A stretch of 64,000 nt of DNA. It comes from a virus (taxonomy: Duplodnaviria; Caudoviricetes). Under the pieces are notes generated by a model. That model ran no database searches and had not been told where the DNA came from. It was given only the letters and a program-made list of their open reading frames with translations. Numbering within the stretch: position 1 is the stretch's first letter; each line of letters begins with the position of its first letter. The stretch covers positions 1,845 to 65,844 of the IMG/VR virus record IMGVR_UViG_3300031216_000012; one strand, given 5' to 3'. A program made the translations under genes and the position numbers. Positions 1-9,480 of this stretch are shown here, piece after piece.

Positions 1-267
1 GGGTTTTGCTACTCAGATGGCGTCGGCAGCGCAACAGACGAGAATCCTTTTAGGCTCGTTGAGATCCAGCACGACAACGGGCAGGTAGGGAGGTATCTCT
101 ACATTGAGCCGCTAGTGGGTGCCGGCGATCGCGTAGCTCGGTTTGAACCTATTGGCCGGGTACAAGACTTGAATCGACGACTAAAAAACATCACGCCTCA
201 TGTACATGTCGATGTAAAAATCAACGACAAAGTAGTCGCCCCTGATCAGTGGTTCAAGGAGAGTTGA
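1..267 (+). CDS. M23-family peptidase endolysin, 5'-truncated by the window edge
   Basis: My frame-1 translation (not in the ORF track) reads ...VGAGDRVARFEPIGRVQDLNRRLKNITPHVHVDV...*. It has the M23 V-x-x-G-D-x-V...IG segment and the HxH motif, and lies directly before holin- and spanin-like genes. Confidence 0.7.
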   Translation, partial: GFCYSDGVGSATDENPFRLVEIQHDNGQVGRYLYIEPLVGAGDRVARFEPIGRVQDLNRRLKNITPHVHVDVKINDKVVAPDQWFKES

Positions 268-268
268 C

Positions 269-613
269 ATGCTAGATACGGTTTCGAGTTGGTTTGACTG
301 GCTAGGGCTGACTTCAGCGCACTTGGTTGCTGTTGTTGTCGCCCTGCTGATCTCTCAAGGTGTGACCCAGGCAGTCAAGTCCGCGACGCGCGGTACTCTT
401 TACGCTCTGCACGGCAACTTGGCCCGGCTTTTGGCGTTTTTGCTGGCGTGTGCGGCCGCGTTCACTATTTGCCCCCAGCCTCGCGGATGGCTGGAGTTTT
501 GGCTTTCGATCGCAACCGGACTTCTCGCGCCAGCGCTTTACAAGGTATTCGTCCACTTCGCCGGCAGCCGCTGGGAGTGGGTGGCCAATCTGTCAGGTGA
601 TCGAGATGGTTAA
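269..613 (+). CDS. Putative holin
   Basis: 114 aa with three hydrophobic segments, between the endolysin and spanin-like genes. Confidence 0.6.
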   Translation: MLDTVSSWFDWLGLTSAHLVAVVVALLISQGVTQAVKSATRGTLYALHGNLARLLAFLLACAAAFTICPQPRGWLEFWLSIATGLLAPALYKVFVHFAGSRWEWVANLSGDRDG

Positions 614-1061
614 GCTCATATTCACGGTTGTTTTTGTGGCGGTTGCAGCGGCGATTCTTTTCGCGGCCGTCTCCCCATGGCTGCCTACGCAGTGGCTCGA
701 CAAGATCAAGCCCGCAAAAGTGCTCGTGGCCAAGGTCTGGGGCTGGGTTCAACGGAACCTGACCACCGTTGCCGTCGGCGCTGCGGCTTTGGTGGCTTTA
801 TTCTACGGGAGCAAAGCAGGTCTCTACCGTCGGCGCCAGGCGAAACACGTCGAGAAAGCCAGGGAGGCAAAGGTAGACAATTTGGAGAAAGCCGCTGTCG
901 AGCGGGATAAAGCGGTAGCTGCAGCTGGTAAAGCCAGCGAAGCTGTTAAGAAAGGCCAGACGATTATTGAGGAACTAGCGAATGAACCAAAAATTGCCAA
1001 TTCTGCTCGTGTTGATCGCATCAATCAGCGGCTGCGTAACGCTGCCAGAACCAGGAAGTGA
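606..1061 (+). CDS. Membrane-anchored coiled-coil protein, i-spanin-like
   Basis: ATG at 606 overlaps the holin stop. N-terminal hydrophobic segments precede an Ala/Lys/Glu-rich helix; the 3' end overlaps a lipoprotein gene. Confidence 0.5.
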   Translation: MVKLIFTVVFVAVAAAILFAAVSPWLPTQWLDKIKPAKVLVAKVWGWVQRNLTTVAVGAAALVALFYGSKAGLYRRRQAKHVEKAREAKVDNLEKAAVERDKAVAAAGKASEAVKKGQTIIEELANEPKIANSARVDRINQRLRNAARTRK

Positions 1062-1404
1062 GCTGCGTGGCTACCAACCACAAACCAGCACTCTTCCTGC
1101 CGCCATTCCTTTGCCTTTGTTTCAAACCGAGGCGGTCAACGAGATGGTGTGCGCCACTGAATCTGTGGAGTTTGAGCAGTTCATTGTTGCTTGCGACGCA
1201 AACACGGCCGCATTGATGGACGCTGCCGACGCATTTGCAGCAAAAGCTCGTGAGGCTGACTTTTTGCTATTGGCCGGCCGCCAAGCCGAACTACAGGCCG
1301 AGATTTACCATGCAGTTGCGAACGGCCACTCTGCTACAATTCAAGCGCTGGCTTGGCCGGCTACAGGGCTAAGTGCCCTCATAATCTTACTCATTGCACT
1401 ATAG
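982..1404 (+). CDS. Lipoprotein spanin (o-spanin, or u-spanin architecture)
   Basis: Signal peptide with lipobox ISGC and a C-terminal hydrophobic tail (WPATGLSALIILLIAL). Confidence 0.55.
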   Translation: MNQKLPILLVLIASISGCVTLPEPGSELRGYQPQTSTLPAAIPLPLFQTEAVNEMVCATESVEFEQFIVACDANTAALMDAADAFAAKAREADFLLLAGRQAELQAEIYHAVANGHSATIQALAWPATGLSALIILLIAL

Positions 1405-1412
1405 GATTGAAA

Positions 1413-1814
1413 ATGTCAGATGCCGACCAAGATGTTTTTGAGCGCCGCATACAGTTTGAGCGCCACATACAAACCTTCGGGCTGGCTGTAATCACAGTTA
1501 TGCTCGGGTTTATGTGGGCAAACCTGGATGATGTACGGGTAAACCAAAACAACTCTGCGATCAATATTCGTGGCCTGGAGACTGCGCTAGGCAGTATCGA
1601 GAGAACACAATCTTCCCTTTCAGAGCGTCTGGATGAGCTCGCCCGAGACCGATTTACTGGCGCTGAGGCGCGAGTTCTTCAGTCGACTCTTTCATCAGCG
1701 CTGGCAGAAATTCGCGCAGAAGCGCGCGCAGAGATCCAAGCAAATGATGCCCGGATTCGACGGATTGAAGCACTTATTGCAAACTATCACGGCACCAACC
1801 CTAGACTAGATTGA
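1413..1814 (+). CDS. Single-TM coiled-coil hypothetical protein
   Basis: ATG at 1413 after AGGA; TM segment FGLAVITVMLGFMW followed by heptad-like sequence. Confidence 0.55.
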   Translation: MSDADQDVFERRIQFERHIQTFGLAVITVMLGFMWANLDDVRVNQNNSAINIRGLETALGSIERTQSSLSERLDELARDRFTGAEARVLQSTLSSALAEIRAEARAEIQANDARIRRIEALIANYHGTNPRLD

Positions 1815-1859
1815 TTTCAGGCCTTAGCGGCCCCCACCCCAGAGACCAGGAGCACAACC

Positions 1860-2459
1860 ATGAACGAACGAGACTTTGTAATTCAACTGCTTCGCGACCT
1901 GTACCTGTCTGCGGATTTGAAGGGGGAGAACATCACAGTGTTTGGTGCCCCGGTCGCCGAAGGTGAGGCAGTAACGGCGATGACTCCTGAAGGGGGTCGA
2001 GAGATTCCTGCTCTGGACGCGATCCGAGAACAGCACGCCAAGCTGTGCGAAGCTCTGAGGCCTTGGGGCTTTAATCGCGATCCTATCGTCAAGTATCACA
2101 TCTACAACAACGACCCAGGCAGCGCACCAGCAAACTATTTTGCTACAGGGTATCGGTACTTCTTGGAGATGATCACCAACGAGCACGCACTTAACGATGT
2201 GCTGAATAGTTTCGAGCGAGCTGCGCTCACGTTCAGCAACTTCCGCGTACGCCACTGGAACACATTCATCACTATCTACGATGATGCGGGCAAAATGGTT
2301 ATGGTCCCTGATGACGCAGGTACTGGCGTACGGCCGGCCGTGATGACAGACCATCGTGTCTGGGGTCCGTTCAGCTCACCGGCGGATATTTTGGAGTATT
2401 ATAATAATGAGATGGTGTTTTTGAAAGAACGCCTCGATTTCTTCACCGGCCGGAAATGA
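1860..2459 (+). CDS. Hypothetical protein
   Basis: 199-aa ORF with AGGAG RBS. Confidence 0.65.
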   Translation: MNERDFVIQLLRDLYLSADLKGENITVFGAPVAEGEAVTAMTPEGGREIPALDAIREQHAKLCEALRPWGFNRDPIVKYHIYNNDPGSAPANYFATGYRYFLEMITNEHALNDVLNSFERAALTFSNFRVRHWNTFITIYDDAGKMVMVPDDAGTGVRPAVMTDHRVWGPFSSPADILEYYNNEMVFLKERLDFFTGRK

Positions 2460-2520
2460 GAAAAATCTCAGCAGTATTCATTGTCCGGGAAACACATTGA
2501 TGTATTCATGGAAATAATCG

Positions 2521-3009
2521 ATGCCGGATGTAGTAACACTTGCTGACAAAGAAAATGCTAGGGCGCGACGGCTAAGAGCGATCGAAGCCGTCGCCGTCCA
2601 CGGCATGAATTTCAAAGAAGCTGCAGCGTTCGCCGGGGTTTCTTCGGCGACCGTTTCGACCATGATGAAAGACCCGCGGGTTCAGAAATACATCAAGCAG
2701 GTACAGGAAGCGCACGCCCAGGCGCTGAACATCCGCCGCGAAGATGTGCTCCGAGGCATGTTGGATGCGATCGACCACGCAAAGATGATGAGCGACCCCA
2801 ACGCAGAGCTGCGCGGCTGGGAAGCGATTGCAAAAATTCAAGGGTATAATGCCCCAGAACTTCGTATTATCGATTTGCCGGAGGACACAAAACGCTTGAT
2901 GGAGACAATGCAACAGATGTCAGACACCGAACTTGCCAAACTGGCAAACGTGGACAACATGTTGGAGTTGACCAAAGGCGTTGATTACGACGTGGCCTCC
3001 AATGAATAG
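2521..3009 (+). CDS. terS: Terminase small subunit
   Basis: N-terminal HTH-like segment (FKEAAAFAGVSSATVS...DPRVQKYI) then REDVL...AWEAIAKIQG-type oligomerisation region; overlaps the TerL start. Confidence 0.75.
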   Translation: MPDVVTLADKENARARRLRAIEAVAVHGMNFKEAAAFAGVSSATVSTMMKDPRVQKYIKQVQEAHAQALNIRREDVLRGMLDAIDHAKMMSDPNAELRGWEAIAKIQGYNAPELRIIDLPEDTKRLMETMQQMSDTELAKLANVDNMLELTKGVDYDVASNE

Positions 3010-4615
3010 GATTCATTCCACCGCGGCGCAGCGAGAGTTAGCAGCGCGAGAGCTCGCCAAAAAGCGGCTTCTTCCGTTTGCCGCCCGCTTTCATGAGAGT
3101 TACAACGCTGGGTGGGCGCACAAGGTTATCGCTGCTCGGCTTGAAAAATTCCTCGACGACGTAATTCACAAGCGGTCTCCCAGGCTGATGCTGTTTATGC
3201 CTCCGCAGACCGGAAAGTCGCTGCTCGTATCGGACATGTTTCCGTCCTGGGCACTCGCTCTGCACCCTGAGCTCCGATTTATTTTGACGTCGTACAGCGC
3301 ATCTCTTCCGATGCGTTTTTCTCGATACATTCGAGAGCGGCTGAAAATGGACAGCTATAGATCCTTGGCGCCGGGGACAGTTCTCCACCCAGAGATCCAG
3401 AGCGCTGAGCACTGGGAAACAACTGTAGGCGGGGGATTCCGTCCGGTTGGTGTTGGAGGTTCGGTGACTGGCCACGGTGCCGAGATCATCATCATCGATG
3501 ATCCGTTCAAGGACTGGGAAGAGGCGAACTCTGAAACGATCCGGTCGACAGTTCATAACTGGTATCCGACAACGCTTCGAACTCGTTTGCAGCCTGGTGG
3601 GGGCATAATCAACATTAACACCCGCTGGCACGACGATGATCTTTCCGGCTGGCTGCTGCGGAGAGATAAAGAAAATTTAGACGAAGGTATTCCAGAAGAC
3701 GAACTCGAGAACTGGGATGTTGTCTCGCTCACCGCCCTGGCAGAGCGAGATGAATACGTGGACCGCACGTTTACGATTCACAGCAAGCCTTCTCCTGGCG
3801 CGGTACAAGTTCGATCTGCGGGCGGGGCGCTGCACCCGGCCCGCCACACAGCCCAGGAATGGCGCCGGCGTCGGGCCAATGCTACGAGCCAGCAGTGGTC
3901 AGCGCTGTATCAGCAGAATCCGGTCCCAGATACCGGTGAGTTCTTTACCCGCGACGACTTCATGTTTTATTCGTCGACTCCACAGCTTCACGACTACCCT
4001 GTGTTTCATGCGTGGGATCTGGCTGTGGGGGAGAAAAAGAACAACGACTACACTGTCGGACTCTGCGGGGCACTGATTCCTTATGGCGACCGCAACGCGC
4101 TATACCTTCTGGACATGTTCCGCGGCCGGGTGCGCGACAAAGAGCTGTACGAAGCCGTGGTGAATATGTGGATGAAGTACAAGCACAACTCGTCGCGGAT
4201 CGGGATGGAGTACGGGCAGCTCTTTTTGTCTGTCGAGCGCCCGATTCTTGAAGCGTTTGAGAAAGAGAACATCACACCTGGTTGGGATCGAAAGTTAATC
4301 CCTCTGTCAGATAAACGAGTCCGAGCGACGCCGGCGCGCACTTGGATGCAGCACCACCGAGTCTTTCTACCTAAGAATGCTCCTTGGATTGAGACGTTTC
4401 AGAGCGAACTGTTGCGCTTTGATGCTGGCGTCAATGATGATATTGTAGATGCGCTGGCTTGGCTCGTCCGCATGGTGCACAAAATGCCCACGGTGACTTC
4501 GAACACGTTGGGCAAGCCGCGAGACATTTATGGAGTAAAACCTCTGCAGGATCAGCTTCGTGACTACGCTTGCGGGCAGGATCGCGGAAACAACACAGGA
4601 TACATGGGCGCATGA
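3002..4615 (+). CDS. terL: Terminase large subunit
   Basis: Walker A MPPQTGKS, Walker B IIIIDD, TRWHDDDL motif, LYQQNP, nuclease domain WDLA...DYT...DDIVDA. Confidence 0.95.
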   Translation: MNRIHSTAAQRELAARELAKKRLLPFAARFHESYNAGWAHKVIAARLEKFLDDVIHKRSPRLMLFMPPQTGKSLLVSDMFPSWALALHPELRFILTSYSASLPMRFSRYIRERLKMDSYRSLAPGTVLHPEIQSAEHWETTVGGGFRPVGVGGSVTGHGAEIIIIDDPFKDWEEANSETIRSTVHNWYPTTLRTRLQPGGGIININTRWHDDDLSGWLLRRDKENLDEGIPEDELENWDVVSLTALAERDEYVDRTFTIHSKPSPGAVQVRSAGGALHPARHTAQEWRRRRANATSQQWSALYQQNPVPDTGEFFTRDDFMFYSSTPQLHDYPVFHAWDLAVGEKKNNDYTVGLCGALIPYGDRNALYLLDMFRGRVRDKELYEAVVNMWMKYKHNSSRIGMEYGQLFLSVERPILEAFEKENITPGWDRKLIPLSDKRVRATPARTWMQHHRVFLPKNAPWIETFQSELLRFDAGVNDDIVDALAWLVRMVHKMPTVTSNTLGKPRDIYGVKPLQDQLRDYACGQDRGNNTGYMGA

Positions 4616-6735
4616 ACTACGACGAGACCGAACTGGAAATTGCGCGGACAAACCGCGATCGCTTTCTGTATGCTCACACTCGCGGCCACGAAGACTTTGT
4701 TGCCAAAGCTATTCAATGCGACGATTTCTTTTTCAGCAAGCAGTGGAAAGAAGACGTAAAGGCAGGTTTGGAGAAGGTCGGTCGACCGGCGCTGACGATT
4801 AACAAGATCAAGCCGATCATCAAAGATATGACTGGCGAGTACCTAACTAACCGGGCAGAAGTAAAATTCGTTCCGTCGGGCGGGGGAGAAGCGGCTACGG
4901 CCGACGCTCTAAATGCGATTTACCTCCACATTGCCAATGAGCAGGACTTTGACGGAAAAGAACTGACATTGTGGCTTGACGGGATTATATCGTCCCGTGC
5001 GTACTACGACGTGCGCATCCAGTTCGACGATAACGACCAGGGCGAAGTCGAGCTGGAAGTGCTCAACCCGAAAAACGTTATTCCAGACCCCGACGCCGAC
5101 GATAAAGATCCTGACACTTGGAACGACGTTACTCGAATCGGGCACTACACGATTCAGGACATCGAACGAGATTATGGACCTGAAAAGGCAAAAGAGCTCA
5201 AAGATTTTCCCAACGAGTTCGAAGATTATGACGTCACCCACTACAACGAGTCCGACACGTTTGCCGGCCCGGATTTTGCCGAGTCCAGCAAGGGCGACGG
5301 GAACGGAGACCCGAAAAACCAGCGCCTGTATTTTGTAGTCGACCGCCAGTATAAGTGTATGGAGGAAGTGTCTGTACTGGTCAACGAAGAAACCGGGGAC
5401 GTACGGCGCATTCCGCAGTCGTGGAAAAGCGCTCAGATCAAAGAAGCGCTGCAGGATGAGAACATCATCCGCGAAACCCGCCGTATTCAGGTAATTAAAT
5501 GGACGGTGTCCTGCGGTACGATCTTGCTTCATGATTCGATCAGTCCTTATGACAAGTTTACTATTATCCCGTTCTTCCCGATCTTCCGCCGCGGCAAAAC
5601 GGCTGGCGGGGTTGAGGACCTGATTGATCCGCAGAACAATTTCAACAAGCAACGCAGCCAAGAACTGCACATCGTCAACGGGACGTCGAACTCGGGATGG
5701 AAAGTCAAGCGTGGCTCACTGACCAACATGACGACCGAAGAGCTGGAGGTCAACGGTGCCAAGACCGGACTGGTCATTGAGTACGACGGCGATGAGCCGA
5801 AAGCGATCGAGCGGATTCAGCCGGTCAGCATCCCTCAAGGGCTCGACCGGGCAAGCGAAAAAGCAGACCGGGATCTCAAAGTGGTGTCCGGGATCGACGA
5901 CGAGGCTCGCGGAGTAGCTCGGGCCCAGACTCCAGGAAAGGCGATCCAGGCGCGGCGGGAAGCCGCACTTGTCAGCATGACGATGTATTTTGAGAGCCTT
6001 GCTTGGACGCGCAAAAAGCTGGCCAACCGCGTGTTGGCCCTGGTCCAAAAATACTACACCGAACACCGCCACTTTCGCATTACCCGATCGAACGTGCGCG
6101 ACAACACTGTCGATGTCGAGGTAAACGTTCCGCAAGAAGACAACACGTTTTTGAACGATTTGACCTTGGGTGAGTACGACGTAGTCGTTACCCCGACCCC
6201 GGTTCGTGACACTCAAGAGCAGGAGCAGTTCGAACAGTTGCGCCAACTTGCTGAGCTTGGGTGGAGCATTCCAGTTCACCTGATGGTTGAGTCGATGCAC
6301 CTGTCCCGCAAGCCGGAAGTTGTACAAGAACTACTGGCTGCGAACGGGATGGGCGAACCGTCCGAAGAAGAGAAGCGGCTGCAGCAGATGGAGCGCGATC
6401 TCAAAATGGCAGAGCAGGAGGCCAACATCGAGAACCGCCGTGCTCAGGCGGCGCTTTCCCAAGCCCGAGCCAAGAAAGTACTGGCCGAGATCGATCGGAT
6501 GGACTTGGACGAACTTACCAAGGCCGAAGAGCAGCTGCTTAAAGCTCGCGGCATTGACGTCACCGAACGGCACAATGCGGACAGCACAGCAATCCGCCAC
6601 CGGGCAATCGACGTGGATGCGGCAAAGGCCGGTTTGAGCGACATTACCAAGAACCGAGAAATTGACGCGAAACTTTTGGAGCGCCGCATGCAGGAACAAC
6701 CCACCGCAGGAGAAGATGAAGATGCCACCGATTAA
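4612..6735 (+). CDS. Portal protein (P22-like)
   Basis: About 707 aa after TerL; GRPALTINKI and DLIDPQNNFNK motifs; C-terminal coiled-coil barrel. Confidence 0.9.
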   Translation: MNYDETELEIARTNRDRFLYAHTRGHEDFVAKAIQCDDFFFSKQWKEDVKAGLEKVGRPALTINKIKPIIKDMTGEYLTNRAEVKFVPSGGGEAATADALNAIYLHIANEQDFDGKELTLWLDGIISSRAYYDVRIQFDDNDQGEVELEVLNPKNVIPDPDADDKDPDTWNDVTRIGHYTIQDIERDYGPEKAKELKDFPNEFEDYDVTHYNESDTFAGPDFAESSKGDGNGDPKNQRLYFVVDRQYKCMEEVSVLVNEETGDVRRIPQSWKSAQIKEALQDENIIRETRRIQVIKWTVSCGTILLHDSISPYDKFTIIPFFPIFRRGKTAGGVEDLIDPQNNFNKQRSQELHIVNGTSNSGWKVKRGSLTNMTTEELEVNGAKTGLVIEYDGDEPKAIERIQPVSIPQGLDRASEKADRDLKVVSGIDDEARGVARAQTPGKAIQARREAALVSMTMYFESLAWTRKKLANRVLALVQKYYTEHRHFRITRSNVRDNTVDVEVNVPQEDNTFLNDLTLGEYDVVVTPTPVRDTQEQEQFEQLRQLAELGWSIPVHLMVESMHLSRKPEVVQELLAANGMGEPSEEEKRLQQMERDLKMAEQEANIENRRAQAALSQARAKKVLAEIDRMDLDELTKAEEQLLKARGIDVTERHNADSTAIRHRAIDVDAAKAGLSDITKNREIDAKLLERRMQEQPTAGEDEDATD

Positions 6736-7750
6736 AACAGCTGAAGAAGATCTGACTATCCCGTTTGACGAGGATGGAGACGGCGAGGCGTCAAATGAAG
6801 TTGACACCGACGAAATCGAAGATGAAGTCGACACGGATGAAGTCGACACGGATGAAGTCGACACGGATGAAGTCGACACAGATGTAGACGACGCTGACGA
6901 CGACGCTGACGACGACGCTGACGACGACGCTGACGACGCTGACGACGCTGATGACGACGCTGACGACGACGCTGACGACGCTGACGACGCTGACGACGCT
7001 GACGACGACTCCGCTGACGATGCGGACGACTCGGACGACTCGGACGACTCGGACGCCGGCCGAACGGTCCCTTTGACCCGGTTAAAAGCAGAAACCAAGA
7101 AACGTCGGGAAGCAGAAGAGCGCGCCGCAAAGTACGAGATCGATCGACAGAAAAAGTCTTCCAGCAAGACGGAACAGATTAACGGAAGACTGACCGAGCT
7201 GGATGCGGAGATGGCAGAAGCGTCGCTTGAAGGCGATCAGGAAAAGTTTACGGCTCTTCGCAAAGAGGAACGGAAACTGAACTCGGAACTGCGAGAGCTT
7301 GAGATCAGCGAGTCTCAAACGCAGGCGCGTACCCAGGCTCGATTCGACGCGGCGCTTGAAGCGGCGGAAGAAAAATATCCAATGCTTAATCCCGACTCAG
7401 ATCAGTTCAGCGAAGACGTCGAAGCAGAAATTACGGATCTGATGACTGCATACGTGGCGGCAGGACAGCCTTTGGACATCGCGCTCAACAAAGCAATCCG
7501 ATATGTTGTTCCGCAGTACTTTGTACCAGAGGCTGAGGCGGAAGCGTCTCAAGAAAGTCTGCGAGCCAAGTCCACAACGAAAAAGCCCCCTCGCAAACCA
7601 AACGTAGGCGACCGCAATAAACAGCCTCCGAAAACGCGCAGTAAATCGACGTCAACCCCGGCAAAGAAAGACGTTTGGGACATGTCGGACGCGGAGTTTG
7701 ATAAGTGGGAAAAGACTGACGAGGCGAAAAAGATCCTCAAAGGCGCTTGA
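6722..7750 (+). CDS. Capsid scaffolding protein with an acidic low-complexity N-terminus
   Basis: Between portal and capsid genes; VPLTRL motif, coiled coil, C-terminal DMSDAEF. Confidence 0.75.
   Translation: MPPIKTAEEDLTIPFDEDGDGEASNEVDTDEIEDEVDTDEVDTDEVDTDEVDTDVDDADDDADDDADDDADDADDADDDADDDADDADDADDADDDSADDADDSDDSDDSDAGRTVPLTRLKAETKKRREAEERAAKYEIDRQKKSSSKTEQINGRLTELDAEMAEASLEGDQEKFTALRKEERKLNSELRELEISESQTQARTQARFDAALEAAEEKYPMLNPDSDQFSEDVEAEITDLMTAYVAAGQPLDIALNKAIRYVVPQYFVPEAEAEASQESLRAKSTTKKPPRKPNVGDRNKQPPKTRSKSTSTPAKKDVWDMSDAEFDKWEKTDEAKKILKGA
6823..7055 (+). repeat. Coding tandem repeats in the scaffold gene (EVDTD 15-bp units, then DDA/DDDA/DDS units)
   Basis: gatgaagtcgacacg and gacgacgct units are directly visible. 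Confidence 0.9.
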
Positions 7751-7782
7751 CACCGTGCAGCGGAGTGTTCTACACTCCGCTG
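7747..7782 (+). promoter_or_regulatory. Sigma70-like promoter for the capsid operon, overlapped by an 11-bp inverted repeat
   Basis: TTGACA (7747)-N18-TACACT (7771); stem cagcggagtgt/acactccgctg with a 3-nt loop. Confidence 0.55.
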
Positions 7783-7902
7783 TAATTCGTTAGAGACGAC
7801 GACACAGTCTCAGTGCGCGATCACTTAAAACATTGGTTCCGTTGGCTGGCGCGATAGACAGCAAGGCAAGTTCATAAACTTAATTGCAAAGGAGACGCCC
7901 TC

Positions 7903-9012
7903 ATGGCGAATACCGACTTTGCGGCCTTGACTGACAATGAGCTGACTGTATGGATGCGCAAAGTCGTTCGAGCCGCCCGAGAAAAATCCTTCATTACCAA
8001 GTTTGAAGGTTCCGACGAAAACGCGATGATCCATCGCATCAATGCCTTGACCGAAACGACTGGCGGCGCTAAAGCTGTCATGACGCTTGTGACCGACCTG
8101 GAAGATGACGGCGTTGCAGGAGACCGTAACCTCGAAGGTAACGAAGAGGCGATGGTATCCAGCGACATCGTAATTCAGATCGATCAGCTGCGTCACGCTG
8201 TCCGCAACAAGGGCCGCATGGCGAATCAGCGTTCAGTCGTCAAGTTCCGCGAAGTAGCGATGAACAACCTGTCTTATTGGTTGGCCAACCGTTACGACCA
8301 GATGGCACTTTTGACGCTCAGCGGCATTTCGTACACCCTCTTCAACAACGGCGCGACCCGTCCGAAGCAGGAGATGGCGAACCTGGCTTACGCTGCAGAC
8401 GTCACCGCTCCGAGTGCGAACCGGCACTACCGCTGGAACGGCACCTCGGGCCTGTTTGAAGCCGGCAATACAGCGAACGTGGAGGCAACCGATACGATGT
8501 CTTACGACTTCGTTGTCAACGCTCGCACTCTGGCCGAAGACGCTTACCTGAAGCCCCTGCGCATGAACGGCGACGTCGAATGGTACAACTTGTTCCTGAC
8601 GCCCCACCAGATTGCTCAGTTGAAGCTGGACGACGACTTCAAGGAAGCCTATCGGAACGCGATGCCACGTACGCCGGATAACCCGCTGTTCAAAGGCAGT
8701 GACGTGATCTGGCTCGACGGCATGGCGATTCACAAGCACCGTTACGTATACAACACTCGTGGCGCGGCTTCTGGCTCGAAGTGGGGTGCTGCCGGCGCGA
8801 TTGACGGAGCACGCGCACTGCTCTGTGGTGCCCAGGCACTCGGTAAGGCCGAAGTTGGCCGGCCGATCTGGGTCGAGAAAGACTTCGACTACGATAACCA
8901 GCCGGGTATTGCTTCTGGCCGTATCTGCGGATTCCGCAAGCCGAAGTTCCAGTCCATCTACAGCGATTCAGTCGAAGATTTCGGCGTCATCGCTATCGAC
9001 ACTGCCGGATAA
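7903..9012 (+). CDS. Major capsid protein, N4-gp56/DUF4043-like
   Basis: 369 aa with DGVAGDRNLEGNEE, IQIDQLRHAV, RALLCGAQAL, FDYDNQ and DFGVIAIDTA; strong RBS and codon bias. Confidence 0.9.
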   Translation: MANTDFAALTDNELTVWMRKVVRAAREKSFITKFEGSDENAMIHRINALTETTGGAKAVMTLVTDLEDDGVAGDRNLEGNEEAMVSSDIVIQIDQLRHAVRNKGRMANQRSVVKFREVAMNNLSYWLANRYDQMALLTLSGISYTLFNNGATRPKQEMANLAYAADVTAPSANRHYRWNGTSGLFEAGNTANVEATDTMSYDFVVNARTLAEDAYLKPLRMNGDVEWYNLFLTPHQIAQLKLDDDFKEAYRNAMPRTPDNPLFKGSDVIWLDGMAIHKHRYVYNTRGAASGSKWGAAGAIDGARALLCGAQALGKAEVGRPIWVEKDFDYDNQPGIASGRICGFRKPKFQSIYSDSVEDFGVIAIDTAG

Positions 9013-9023
9013 GGAGACCCATC

Positions 9024-9422
9024 ATGGCTATCACTCGAACAGACGACTACCAGTGGCCCTTGACGAAGGTGAAACGCTTTACCTTTGCCGATCTGGTAGA
9101 TGACGAAGCGGTCAACGCTCACTGGATTCCTCCGGGAGCCATTGTGGTCGGCGGCGCTTTAGTTGTTGAAACCGCCTGGGACAGCGCGACTACCGCGACA
9201 TTGGACATCGGAGATTCCGTTGACCCCGACCGCTACACCGCGTCTCCTATTGACCTGAAGACGGCAGGGCGCACTGCGTTGACGTTGACGGGCCACAAGT
9301 ACGCTTCTCCGACCAACCTGCAGTTTTTCTTGGCCGAGGCCGGAACTGCTGCTACGGAAGGCGAGGCGTACGTCGAACTGACGATCGTGTTGGAAGATCG
9401 TCAGAACGAGCAGGCGTCGTAA
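9024..9422 (+). CDS. Putative capsid decoration/virion protein
   Basis: Directly after the capsid gene and before its terminator; IPPGAIVVGG...LDIGD beta-rich pattern. Confidence 0.6.
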   Translation: MAITRTDDYQWPLTKVKRFTFADLVDDEAVNAHWIPPGAIVVGGALVVETAWDSATTATLDIGDSVDPDRYTASPIDLKTAGRTALTLTGHKYASPTNLQFFLAEAGTAATEGEAYVELTIVLEDRQNEQAS

Positions 9423-9434
9423 GATCCCTACCAC

Positions 9435-9465
9435 CTCTCCCGGCGCCCTGCCGGGAGAGTTTTTT
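9435..9465 (+). terminator. Rho-independent terminator
   Basis: ctctcccggc/gccgggagag stem followed by a T-tract. Confidence 0.85.
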
Positions 9466-9480
9466 CACGAGGAACCCGTA

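Noticed and set aside
6331-7167. Ser-rich and Arg-rich minus-strand ORFs
   Set aside because: They are antisense shadows of the Asp-rich scaffold repeats.
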